Positions 1 through 10,606 of a stretch of DNA of 64,000 nt are shown piece by piece. The position numbers were made by a program, and so were the translations under genes. Under the pieces are notes generated by a model, which was given only the letters and a program-made list of their open reading frames with translations, ran no database searches and was not told the DNA's origin. The DNA comes from an uncultured Ignavibacteriota bacterium (GTDB lineage: Bacteria; Bacteroidota; Ignavibacteria; Palsa-1295). The stretch's first letter is position 1. Every line of letters begins with the position of its first letter. Where the stretch lies: assembly GCA_903900335.1 (NCBI GenBank), contig CAIUMP010000044.1, forward strand, positions 98,686 through 162,685, written 5' to 3'.

Positions 1-32
1 TTGAATAGATTGAAGTTATTAACGTCGAACCT

Positions 33-1298
33 ATGAAGAGCTTCTCGCGATCAACCGTAAAAGCGTGGCTGCGGCGCAACAGCCACATGATGTTCCTGTT
101 GTTTGTCGGCATCGTTGCCGTCCGCGAGGCGGGCTGCGGGTATCGTGTCGACTCCCCAGTCACTGGCTCAACGCCAAGCCTGAGGATCACTGTAACTCCA
201 AAGGCCGCAACGATCGCGACCGGAGCCACACTGAATCTCTCCGCCTCCGTCACCGGATGGAAGAGTGATAGCACAGTACAATGGTCTATTTCCGGCACAA
301 ACGTGGGTGCGTTGACTGCGGCAGGCTCAAGTGCAACCTACACTGCACCGGCGACACTCGTATCGAGTCCAGTGATCGTAACGGTCATGGTCCGCTCGAA
401 CGAAGACACTTCACGAGTTGCGTATTCATCAATCACGATCGCAAAGCCGGTTGACACAACGCAGCAGGTTCAAATCCTGTTGACGCCGCTCACCGTTTCG
501 TTACAGGTTGGCAAGACGCAACCTTTCACGGCCACCGTCACGGGAAGCTCCAACACGGCTGTTACGTGGGCGCTTATCAGCGGTCCGGGTTCGATCTCCA
601 GCACTGGCCTTTACACAACGCCCGCATCGATTACAGGCACTTCGGCTGTTGCGGTCATCAAGGCGACTGCCGCAGCGAACGTCTTGGTCTCAGCTCAAGC
701 AACGATCACTATTCTTCCTCCGCCGGACACGACACCGTGTTTCACTCGCGACATACAGCCCATCATCAACAGCAATTGCACGATGGCTGGATGTCACGTA
801 AGCGGTGGCGGTGAAGCACGCGACCTGACAACATATAATGGCATCATGAGCTATGTGCGCGCTGGAACGGCAACGTCGAGCAAGCTCTATACCGTGCTCA
901 GTGCGTCGGGCGAAAACTTTATGCCCCGCGGTAAGGCTTCCCTCACTGCGGCGCAGAAATCACTTATCGCTCGATGGATCAACGCTGGTGCCAAGAACAC
1001 TGCGTGTCCGGTCGATACGAGCGGTGGCTGCGACACCAGCACGGTGTTATACTCCGGCTTCGTTGCGCCAACGCTTCAGAACTACTGCCTCGGATGTCAC
1101 TCGGGCACGAACCCATCCGGTGGGATCAACCTAGCCACCTATTCTGGTGTGCAAACGGTTGCGCTAAATGGACAATTGGTTGGCAGCCTGAATGGGACCC
1201 CGCCAAACTTCATCATGCCACAGACCGGTGCACCGCTTGACGCTTGTACGATCGCGAAGATCCGGGCGTGGGTAAATCACGGCGCTCTCAACAATTGA
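33..1298 (+). CDS. Secreted/lipoprotein c-type cytochrome: two Ig-like (Big_2) domains followed by two PSCyt1-like haem-binding domains
   Basis: N-terminal hydrophobic signal (MMFLLFVGIVAV..AGC). Two Big_2-like repeats (ITVTPKAATIATGATLNLSASVTG; TVSLQVGKTQPFTATVTGSS). Two repeats of the pattern C-x(2-4)-CH ... MP ... W(I/V)NxGA (CTMAGCH...NFMPRG...ARWINAGA; CLGCHSG...NFIMPQ...RAWVNHGA), typical of planctomycete-type cytochrome c domains. Confidence 0.5.
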   Translation: MKSFSRSTVKAWLRRNSHMMFLLFVGIVAVREAGCGYRVDSPVTGSTPSLRITVTPKAATIATGATLNLSASVTGWKSDSTVQWSISGTNVGALTAAGSSATYTAPATLVSSPVIVTVMVRSNEDTSRVAYSSITIAKPVDTTQQVQILLTPLTVSLQVGKTQPFTATVTGSSNTAVTWALISGPGSISSTGLYTTPASITGTSAVAVIKATAAANVLVSAQATITILPPPDTTPCFTRDIQPIINSNCTMAGCHVSGGGEARDLTTYNGIMSYVRAGTATSSKLYTVLSASGENFMPRGKASLTAAQKSLIARWINAGAKNTACPVDTSGGCDTSTVLYSGFVAPTLQNYCLGCHSGTNPSGGINLATYSGVQTVALNGQLVGSLNGTPPNFIMPQTGAPLDACTIAKIRAWVNHGALNN

Positions 1299-1307
1299 AA
1301 TACCACT

Positions 1308-1961
1308 GTGATGGGCACGCTGTACAAGGTTGTAACCGGCTTCACTCACCTCCCGGGACACCCCCGGGCAGGCGCGTACGAAGCGCTCGGCAGCCGTCTT
1401 CTGGAAATTTGCGGAGGGTACAATTTTTATCGGGGAGAGCTTGAAGATACCTGGTTATTCCAAATGCTTCGCGAGATCGGCGGAGAATTCACGCATTCCG
1501 TTTCAGACAACCCTCAAAAGAATACCATCGAGTACCAATGCGTGACTCATGAGAAGTTCCGCTGGCTTGCCAGAGCACGTGAGGAGGATAGCCAATCCGA
1601 GGTGTTCATCTGGATCGACTACGGTGTCCTACACAATCCTCGAATCACCCCGGAGCACATCCAAACCTTCCTGAACAGAATAACAGATCAGCGGTTTGCC
1701 ATTCCCGGTTGTTGGGCAGAGAAATATGTTGATTATGAGCAGCACCCAAATTGGCGCTTTTGCGGCGCAGTGATGGTTGTTCCCAGGGCCTGGGTGCTGC
1801 CGTTCTATGAAGCGGCCCGTGAAAGCGTACGGGAATACATCCTTCGAACGCGCAACATTTCCTGGGACGTCAACACCATGGCACGGGTGGAACTTGCTGG
1901 AAAAATTCCAATAGAGTGGTATCAGGCCGACCATGACGAAACGATGTTCACCGCATACTGA
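1308..1961 (+). CDS. Hypothetical protein (217 aa), translationally coupled to the downstream Cyc2-like gene
   Basis: Clean ORF with no recognisable motifs. Its stop overlaps the next start (TGATG at 1959-1963). Lies inside the cytochrome cluster. Confidence 0.3.
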   Translation: MMGTLYKVVTGFTHLPGHPRAGAYEALGSRLLEICGGYNFYRGELEDTWLFQMLREIGGEFTHSVSDNPQKNTIEYQCVTHEKFRWLARAREEDSQSEVFIWIDYGVLHNPRITPEHIQTFLNRITDQRFAIPGCWAEKYVDYEQHPNWRFCGAVMVVPRAWVLPFYEAARESVREYILRTRNISWDVNTMARVELAGKIPIEWYQADHDETMFTAY

Positions 1962-3247
1962 TGGCCACCTCCTTCCCACAATCGGAGCCTCCCACCCGAC
2001 TCCGCTCTACTACTCCCCTTCCTATGATTCATTCCTCGTGTAACTCTCTCTCCAAGCAGCATACTGCGAAAATTGGCGTAGTCTGGTTTGCTCTTATGCT
2101 CTTCGCACTCGGAGCGTCAACGGCAGCCGCGATCCCCCGCTTCTCCCTGTTGACGGGCACGCGTTGCTCTGTCTGCCACTTCAACCCGCAAGGCAGCGGG
2201 TTGCGCACGCAACTTGGGTGGGAGATGATGAACGAGACCGGGCTACTCAAGTGGCATGATGTTTCGCTGGATACGTCAGGCATTAGCCCGACGAACGGGC
2301 TATTCGGCAACGTGCTCTTCCCGGGGTTTGATGGAAGATTGCAGCAGGTGCGGCTATCGCGTACAGGTGAGTCGAAGTTGATACCGATGCAGATGTCGGT
2401 AGGCCTTGGGTTGCAGTTTGGGCAGCAGCTTTCGCTCTCGACGAATGTCAACATCGCGAGTGTTGCGGAGCGCGCACGTGGTGGATCGCTCTATCCCGGT
2501 GAGACGGATTACGATCTCGCGTTGCAGTATCAGCCGGATGTCACACTTCCCTCTATCCGCGCCGGTATGATCGAACCAAGCTTTGGCGTGCGGCAGGATG
2601 ACCACACCATCTTCACCAACGAGGAGGCTGCGATACAAGGCACCGAGCTAATCCCCCCATACTACAACGAACTTGGTGTCGAAGTAACGTACGAAGGGAT
2701 GCGCTGGATAACGGTCAATGCCGGTGTCTTCAACTCATACAATCTCGCGCTGATCGACCCGACGATCGGCACGGTGAATTCCATGACGGACTTTTCGCAC
2801 CCGACGCTCGCGGCGCGCGTGATGTTCTGGCCGCAGTTGTTAGAGCAAGGGATCAATATGGAAGTCGGTGGTTCGGTTATTTCGAACGGCTCTTTCCGAT
2901 TGCTCAACGGCTTCGCCGGCTTCGGGCTGGCGGACAAGTCCTCCCTGTTCTTCGAAACGCTGTATGGCACGAACTCCGACCAGCGTATCATCCGCAATTT
3001 CAGTGTGATCGGCAGCTATGAACTTGCCGCGTGGCTGGCCGCCGAGTGGCGCTATGACTGGGGACAGACCGAACTCTATCCGAACATCGGGCTAAGCTTT
3101 GCGCAAGGCTTTCTTATTGGGTTGGAGTTCTTCCCCGCACCGTTTATCGAGATCCGCCCCGAGTATCGCGTCCTCCACAAAACGCCATACGGGTCGGACG
3201 GCACTTTCACCGGCCAATGGACCGGACAGATCCATGTGTTTTATTGA
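1961..3247 (+). CDS. Cyc2-like fused cytochrome-porin (outer-membrane beta-barrel with an N-terminal CXXCH haem motif)
   Basis: Signal peptide (VVWFALMLFALGASTAAA). Single CSVCH about 11 residues into the mature protein. About 400 aa with alternating hydrophobic beta-strand pattern and an aromatic girdle. C-terminal ...QIHVFY matches the OMP terminal signature. At 428 aa it is the right size for Cyc2 family iron oxidases. Alternative start at 2024 (MIHSS). Confidence 0.5.
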   Translation: MATSFPQSEPPTRLRSTTPLPMIHSSCNSLSKQHTAKIGVVWFALMLFALGASTAAAIPRFSLLTGTRCSVCHFNPQGSGLRTQLGWEMMNETGLLKWHDVSLDTSGISPTNGLFGNVLFPGFDGRLQQVRLSRTGESKLIPMQMSVGLGLQFGQQLSLSTNVNIASVAERARGGSLYPGETDYDLALQYQPDVTLPSIRAGMIEPSFGVRQDDHTIFTNEEAAIQGTELIPPYYNELGVEVTYEGMRWITVNAGVFNSYNLALIDPTIGTVNSMTDFSHPTLAARVMFWPQLLEQGINMEVGGSVISNGSFRLLNGFAGFGLADKSSLFFETLYGTNSDQRIIRNFSVIGSYELAAWLAAEWRYDWGQTELYPNIGLSFAQGFLIGLEFFPAPFIEIRPEYRVLHKTPYGSDGTFTGQWTGQIHVFY

Positions 3248-3253
3248 TCGCGG

Positions 3254-3469
3254 ATGAGCAGAGCATTTGTAAAGGAATCAGAGGGTGAATGGCTCGGAGA
3301 TGTTGCTCCGGAAATTGCCGCACTCGAGCGCTTCCTCACGCGTGAGAGTGGTGAGAAGATCTACCAACTTGAGTTGACCATCGAAACCGCAACAGGCCGC
3401 GAGATTCACGAGATGAACAACGGTGATCGCTATGCGCTGGATATGGATCGGCGGTGGCGGAAGCTTTAA
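3254..3469 (+). CDS. Small hypothetical protein (71 aa)
   Basis: ORF begins 7 nt after the Cyc2-like stop. No recognisable motifs. Confidence 0.25.
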   Translation: MSRAFVKESEGEWLGDVAPEIAALERFLTRESGEKIYQLELTIETATGREIHEMNNGDRYALDMDRRWRKL

Positions 3470-3625
3470 GAGCGCAGGGTTTGGGAAGCAGGCGCTTCCC
3501 GAACCCTGTCCAAAGCGCGGGGACGTCTGTCACGGGGATGATTGTCGAACTCCTCAGTCCCGATACGCACGAAGTGGAGTTGAGCGACGCGTCGTGCGAG
3601 GAGACTCGACCAATGCACTGCATCC

Positions 3626-3826
3626 TTATCTCAGGCCTGCGGGTTCGCTGAGATTAGCGGGTTTTGAATCGGATTGACGTCGTTGCTCTCGGGCGTATTT
3701 CTCACGGTTCGCTTTGATAATTTGGCTCAATCGCTTATGCTCCTCTTCGGTAAGGGGCGTACTTTGGACATAGATATCGAAATCGTCGAGTCGAGCAAAA
3801 TCAGGTGTTTTTTTGTGTCCCATCAA
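3626..3826 (-). CDS. Small hypothetical protein (66 aa), lysine/arginine-rich
   Basis: ORF overlaps the upstream 187-aa ORF by 26 nt, suggesting a two-gene unit. Local GC is lower than in the flanks. Confidence 0.3.
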   Translation of the reverse strand: MMGHKKTPDFARLDDFDIYVQSTPLTEEEHKRLSQIIKANREKYAREQRRQSDSKPANLSEPAGLR

Positions 3827-4364
3827 AATTCTCGCTATCGAAATCGTTGAAATATTGCCGTGTTAGAATAAGCGCTTCCGGTGTGTTTATCAACATCCGA
3901 ATGCCCCATAATAGTTGTGCTCCTATCGTCTCTTGGTAGTGAGGAATCAGAGCGGTTTTAGATTCGAATGCCACTGTGCCTCCATACCCGTTTTCGAAGG
4001 CCAGTTTAGATGCGAATGCAAAAAGATTACCGGGTACTCCGACAAAGAGCTTTTGTTGGCCTTTGTTGAATTCCGAACTCTCGATGAGGTGAACGAAGAC
4101 GTGATCCCCGAGGTCTTCGATGCTGATCAACCCCTGAATAATAGTCGGGTTCTCGCGGGTCGTCAATTTATAGACCTCCCGTTGCTGTTGGCGGAGTTCA
4201 AACGTCCAATCGAATTGCCACGCACCGTCGTCCAGCAATTTTGAGTCCGATGGATAAATTTGTTCGATAATCGTGTCGAATCTCTCACCGGAGATGCGGA
4301 GTTCGATAGACCTCGTGAGCTTATCGATTTTGACATTGAGACGGCTCGTTCGGGTGGTCTTCAT
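3801..4364 (-). CDS. Hypothetical protein (187 aa), possible acyltransferase-like fold
   Basis: ORF sits in a lower-GC stretch. Weak GNAT-like central segment (VGVPGNLFAFASKLAFENGYGG). No confident family call. Confidence 0.3.
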   Translation of the reverse strand: MKTTRTSRLNVKIDKLTRSIELRISGERFDTIIEQIYPSDSKLLDDGAWQFDWTFELRQQQREVYKLTTRENPTIIQGLISIEDLGDHVFVHLIESSEFNKGQQKLFVGVPGNLFAFASKLAFENGYGGTVAFESKTALIPHYQETIGAQLLWGIRMLINTPEALILTRQYFNDFDSENFDGTQKNT

Positions 4365-4716
4365 TGTTCAAAGTTAATATTTCTTGCCGGAAACCTTGTG
4401 AAATCCTTTCCATGCGTACCTGTCGCGGAATGCGAGCGGGATGTCGAGCGAGGTCGCTCGACTTACTCCAGCAATTCCGGGTCTTTGGAAATTGGGGGAA
4501 CCGCAAAATAATTATGGAAATCGCTTTCTGTCCCAAAGACAAAATTCCGTAAGTTATTGATTTCATTGAAGAGTTCATGAAGCACAAACCGCACAAACGA
4601 ATCGTGCACGTAATTTCAGGAGAGTGAGCACGGGTTTGCACAAAGACAACTTTCCAAGAAAACGTGTGCCTTTATCAAGCCCAAATCAAAAACACACGAA
4701 TTATAGCTTTCTCCCT

Positions 4717-4790
4717 GTCATTCCGAGCTGGCGAGGAATAGCGCGCGGAGGTGCTCCTTGACGAGGGATTCCTCGCAGGCTCGGAATGAC
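4717..4790. repeat. 74-bp imperfect palindrome (GTCATTCCGAGC-TGG-CGAGGAAT ... ATTCCTCG-CAG-GCTCGGAATGAC) in the atpD upstream region
   Basis: Arms are exact reverse complements (12+8 bp each side) around a GC-rich centre containing a smaller ggag/ctcc hairpin. Confidence 0.8.
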
Positions 4791-4810
4791 GTTTTCTGCG
4801 AGCGGCATGA

Positions 4811-6358
<1,548 letters not shown>

Positions 6359-6387
6359 GAGCGTTGTTGAAAGTTGCTTGCAAGGGA

Positions 6388-6420
6388 GCCGCTTCAGAAA
6401 TGAGGCGGCTTTTGAGTTTT
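6388..6420 (+). terminator. Rho-independent terminator after atpD
   Basis: 10-bp stem agccgcttca/tgaggcggct with GAAA loop, followed by TTTGAGTTTT. Confidence 0.7.
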
Positions 6421-6715
6421 GGGGAACTCGCCTCGGATCGATCTTAAGGTCACAAATATTTCCCCTTTGGTTTGTATTGGGTTGATTTGAGTAGGGACAG
6501 ATTTGTGCATAGTTTGTCGCGAACAATTGAGTTACGCCAACTGTCCGTTGAACATGCGGTGCTGTGGTGGCATCGTCTTAGGGTCAAGCGATTCTCGTAC
6601 GCTCCTCTATGAGCTTGGTGATCGGACATTAGGTCATGAGATACCCCTCCGTTGCATTGTAGCGCTGGGCTACATCTCATCGTCCATTCTATCAGCTATT
6701 GCGACTTGAGTACGC

Positions 6716-8026
6716 TTGCCCATCCACTCGAATGAAGTCAACGTCGATATTCAATACTTGGGGGGTGGAAGAGACATGGGAACTCGTAACTCGTTCATCG
6801 CGCATACCATCGGACTCGAACGGCAAGTGCCGACAATCCGACAAAGCGCAAGATCAGAATCTTTCCTCTATGCAAATCGGTACATAGCCTCCACAGCGGT
6901 GGGGGCGATCGTGTTCGCACCGATGGCATGGCACGTCGTGCTTGATCCTGTGCCGGGTTCGGACTTTAGCATGCATCTCGGCCTGGCAACGCGCATGTGG
7001 CAGGAAGGAGCCATCGGCCTTCCTCATTTCCTGTATCATTTTCTCATTCTGCTCATGTCCAACTGCATGGGCATGACTCTGAAACTGGCAAGTCTATTGC
7101 TGACAACGGCAGGGTTGGCTGCCATCCTGCCACTGTCCCAGCTTGTGATCTTCCGGGAGCGTGGCGGCCTGTCAGCCTTGTCAATTGTGCTCGTTACTTC
7201 TATCGCCTCATCCATCACAATTTGGACGATCCCGTCGCATCACCTCTATTTCGGCTATATCCCGCTTGCCGTTTACCACAGCCCAACGATGACACTCATG
7301 AAACCGCTGGCGCTGTGGAATTTCCTTCTCCTATCAAGAGGATTGACCGTGCGGATCAGCTCCGCCAGGGTACAAAGGTGGAGTGTTATTTCCCTCATTC
7401 TCTGTGGGCTTGCTAAACCAAGCTACGTCTTGATACTTTTGCCAGCTGCCATCGTGTTCGTCTGTATTCGAAAACTTCTCCGGGCGGAAGCTTCGTGGTG
7501 GTTCTTGCTTCACTGTGTGGTTGTTCCGAGTCTCGCTCTGTTGATATGGCAGTACTGTTTCACGTATCTTTCAAATTCCGCCTTCTATTGCGAGAGGGGT
7601 GAGACGGGAATCGAGTTTGCACCGTTGCTGGCAGTCAGGACGGTTAGTGGCAATCTGCTGATCAAACTCCTTGGTTCCATCGCCTTCCCGCTCAGCGTGT
7701 CCTGCGTGCATTGGAATCGGCTACGTGCGTATCCTGAATACAACTTTGCTCTGCTGCTCTTCAGCTTCGGTGCGCTGTGCTTTTACCTACTTGCCGAACG
7801 AGGCATGCATTTGACCCATCTAAATTTTCTTTGGAGCGCTTCAATCGGCCTGTTGCTCTGGTTTTTGTGCTGTGTTCGAATTCTTGTTGTAGAGACCAGA
7901 AACTCGGAGCGCGAGATGGGGTCGATGGGTACCCTCATTTGCTGTTTCGTGCTAGCCCTGCATATTATCTGCGGGGCGCTATGGTACGCGGTCGAAGTTA
8001 CCCGCTCGTTTGCTGCTGGATGGTGA
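6716..8026 (+). CDS. Polytopic membrane protein of unknown function (about 10 or more TM helices)
   Basis: Long ORF dominated by hydrophobic helices. Start uncertain; internal Met candidates at 6776 and 6929. Confidence 0.35.
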   Translation: MPIHSNEVNVDIQYLGGGRDMGTRNSFIAHTIGLERQVPTIRQSARSESFLYANRYIASTAVGAIVFAPMAWHVVLDPVPGSDFSMHLGLATRMWQEGAIGLPHFLYHFLILLMSNCMGMTLKLASLLLTTAGLAAILPLSQLVIFRERGGLSALSIVLVTSIASSITIWTIPSHHLYFGYIPLAVYHSPTMTLMKPLALWNFLLLSRGLTVRISSARVQRWSVISLILCGLAKPSYVLILLPAAIVFVCIRKLLRAEASWWFLLHCVVVPSLALLIWQYCFTYLSNSAFYCERGETGIEFAPLLAVRTVSGNLLIKLLGSIAFPLSVSCVHWNRLRAYPEYNFALLLFSFGALCFYLLAERGMHLTHLNFLWSASIGLLLWFLCCVRILVVETRNSEREMGSMGTLICCFVLALHIICGALWYAVEVTRSFAAGW

Positions 8027-9819
8027 GGATGCGTGCTCGGCATGAGGAGTGCCCTGATTGCTTTGCTGCACGGAGCAAATCCACTACCCAAACGGAACTG
8101 ACAACACAGCTCGAAAATCCATGCGGCGTGATCGTTGATGTGCACTCTCGCGCCGGCGACAAACTGTTCTTCATTCGTGTTGAAGTTGGTATGCCATCAT
8201 TTGCTACTAGCCCATCTTACCAGAATCCCGCTCTCCACCGCTTCGCAAGTGAGCTGACTCATCAGCTTGGGCTGAGTAAGGAGTTGGAGCGCCTCCATAC
8301 TCAAGTAGCCAGGATCCCACTCTTCGTCACATTGTACTCGGATGAGACGCTCTATGATGTGCTCGCCTACTGGAAGACACTTCGGGAGTCGTACGATATC
8401 CAATCCACATATATCACCGCGTTGAGTGCCTGGAATTCACGCGACTCCATTAAACGTACCGTTGCTTCCTTGAGGGTTGCCGATCTGCTGGAGCGGGTTA
8501 GTTGCTGGGAAGGGGCCATTGAAGTGCTCCGCGAACAGATCGCTGATTGCGTTGAGCGTGGAGATAGAATTGTTGAGGCCAAGTCACGAGCCGCTCTTGC
8601 AAAGTTATTCGGTCGGCGAGCGCAGCATAAACTAGCGCTGATCGAATATGAGTTGGCAAAGCAAGTCTTCCAGGAGTTTGGCGACAACGAAGGGATCAGA
8701 GCGGTTCTTGAGGGCATGGCAAACGTCCGGTTGAATCTCGGACAGATGGAAGAGGCGCAAGCGCACTGGCGTCAGTTGAAGGTCCTTTGCACGGATGCGG
8801 GTGATGAGAGCGGCCTTGCGTCGCTCTATCACAACAGTGCTACTCTGGACTTGTATCAGGGCAAGTTTGAGGTAGCTTTAGAGAATCTCGATCGAGCCAT
8901 GGAGATAAATAGGCGGACTGGCAATCGTACTTGGCTCGGCAATAATGCCAGCTCCCTCGCTTCCGCTTACTACTTTCAAGGTGACTTCCGAAAGTCCTTA
9001 ATCGAATTCACCCGCAGCAAAGAGATTCGAGAAGGTCTTGGAGACCGTCAAGGAGCCGCTGCAGCGATGGGAAATATTGCAGGGGTGTACTACGAATTGG
9101 GTGAGTTCGATTTGGCGCTTGAGAGTTCACGAAAGAACTACGCTATCCGAGTTGAGATCGGTGATCGTGATGGCGCGTCTAGCGCGATACTAAATATGGG
9201 CAACATCCTCACGGAACTTGGTGACTGGGAAGCAGCGATAAAGAGCATTGTCATCGCCGAGGCGGAAAATCGGGACACGGGCGCACGTGTCTCACTTGCG
9301 TATAGCTTATTTGGGGCTGCCTTATCGTTTTACAAGGTTGTTCCCAACCACACTGCAATGCCTGAATGGCTGCCACTTCATGTAACCGGTGCGAATCCCG
9401 ACAATTGGCGTGTGCGGACTCTCGCGCTTTCAGAAGCAAAGGCACGGGAATGCGTCGAACTCTCCAAGGAGATGAACCTGAGCGGCCCTCTCTTTTCTGC
9501 TCAAGTCCATTTGGCGACCATTGCCAATGAGGAAGCAGACTATCCTGGTGCATACGCAATGTTGGAGGCACTGCTCCACGGCAACTCCGACGAAGCCCAA
9601 CTTGCCAACATACACTTTGAGCTTTGGGGTACTTTTTCCAGGGCTGCTGAACGAGCGGTGCTATTGCTCGACGATCATGAAGCAGATGCGGCAGCGAAAT
9701 TGCATCATTTCGACGAAGCTCTTTCACGCTACACCCAACTTTGTGAGAACTCGGCAAGCATCGAGCATAGGAGACGACTCAATGAGCTGGAGAGCAAGCG
9801 TCATATGTTCGCAGAGTAA
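8020..9819 (+). CDS. TPR-repeat protein
   Basis: Multiple 34-aa TPR-like repeats (e.g. ...ASAYYFQGDFRKSLIEF..., ...AGVYYELGEFDLALES...). The track ORF starts at 7777 inside the upstream gene. Start chosen at the first Met after the membrane-protein stop (8020/8029). Confidence 0.45.
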   Translation: MVRMRARHEECPDCFAARSKSTTQTELTTQLENPCGVIVDVHSRAGDKLFFIRVEVGMPSFATSPSYQNPALHRFASELTHQLGLSKELERLHTQVARIPLFVTLYSDETLYDVLAYWKTLRESYDIQSTYITALSAWNSRDSIKRTVASLRVADLLERVSCWEGAIEVLREQIADCVERGDRIVEAKSRAALAKLFGRRAQHKLALIEYELAKQVFQEFGDNEGIRAVLEGMANVRLNLGQMEEAQAHWRQLKVLCTDAGDESGLASLYHNSATLDLYQGKFEVALENLDRAMEINRRTGNRTWLGNNASSLASAYYFQGDFRKSLIEFTRSKEIREGLGDRQGAAAAMGNIAGVYYELGEFDLALESSRKNYAIRVEIGDRDGASSAILNMGNILTELGDWEAAIKSIVIAEAENRDTGARVSLAYSLFGAALSFYKVVPNHTAMPEWLPLHVTGANPDNWRVRTLALSEAKARECVELSKEMNLSGPLFSAQVHLATIANEEADYPGAYAMLEALLHGNSDEAQLANIHFELWGTFSRAAERAVLLLDDHEADAAAKLHHFDEALSRYTQLCENSASIEHRRRLNELESKRHMFAE

Positions 9820-9913
9820 ATAAACCTTACCTGTTCCGTGAGAAGAGCGGAAAATTAGCCGCCTGACCGTCAATAAATCTTACGATTGGGCAATTGGGTC
9901 AATTGATTGAGTA

Positions 9914-10606
9914 TTGGAATTCCGCGGAATCGAGCGAAATTCCGTAGCTGGCAAGAATCTGGTACTTCGCGCGGGTATGTTTGAAATCCGCATACATGGT
10001 CGCGGCGGACAGGGTGTTGTCACTGCGGCTGAACTACTATCTATTGCAGCCTTTCGCGAGGGCCGACACGCGCAGGCATTCCCGAGTTTCGGTTCCGAAC
10101 GTACCGGTGCGCCGGTCATGGCCTTCTGCCGCATAGACGAGAAGCCCATCCGTTCCCGCGAGCCGATCGCTCGGCCCGACGCGCTCATCATCCAGGATCC
10201 AACCTTGCTTCTAATGGAGGGATTGTTCACGGGCCTCCGCAGTGATGGATACGTTCTGATCAATTCGAAGAAGACCCCTACCGAGCTTGGACTGGCCAGT
10301 CTGGAGCACAAACTTCCCGCCGGACATATCATCACCGTTCCAGCCACCGACCTGGCGATGAAATTCATTGGCAGGCCCATCCCGAATGCCGCGTTGCTTG
10401 GAGCCTTTGCCGCCCTGACCGAAGTGGTTAGCATCAATGCCGTATCGCTTGCCATTCGGGAGAAATTCAAGGGTGATATAGCCGAGAAAAATATTCTCGC
10501 AGCGACCGCAGCGAGTGAAGCTGCACGGCAGGAGCGGGTGCAGGAGATTGAAATGCTTCAAGACGAACAACGAGAATCCACTATGCTGCAGGAGGAAATT
10601 TGCTGA
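9914..10606 (+). CDS. porG: 2-oxoacid:ferredoxin oxidoreductase subunit gamma
   Basis: IHGRGGQGVVTAAELLS motif typical of POR/KOR gamma. Likely true start at 9977 (MFEIRIHG). Overlaps next gene by 7 nt. Confidence 0.75.
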   Translation: MEFRGIERNSVAGKNLVLRAGMFEIRIHGRGGQGVVTAAELLSIAAFREGRHAQAFPSFGSERTGAPVMAFCRIDEKPIRSREPIARPDALIIQDPTLLLMEGLFTGLRSDGYVLINSKKTPTELGLASLEHKLPAGHIITVPATDLAMKFIGRPIPNAALLGAFAALTEVVSINAVSLAIREKFKGDIAEKNILAATAASEAARQERVQEIEMLQDEQRESTMLQEEIC

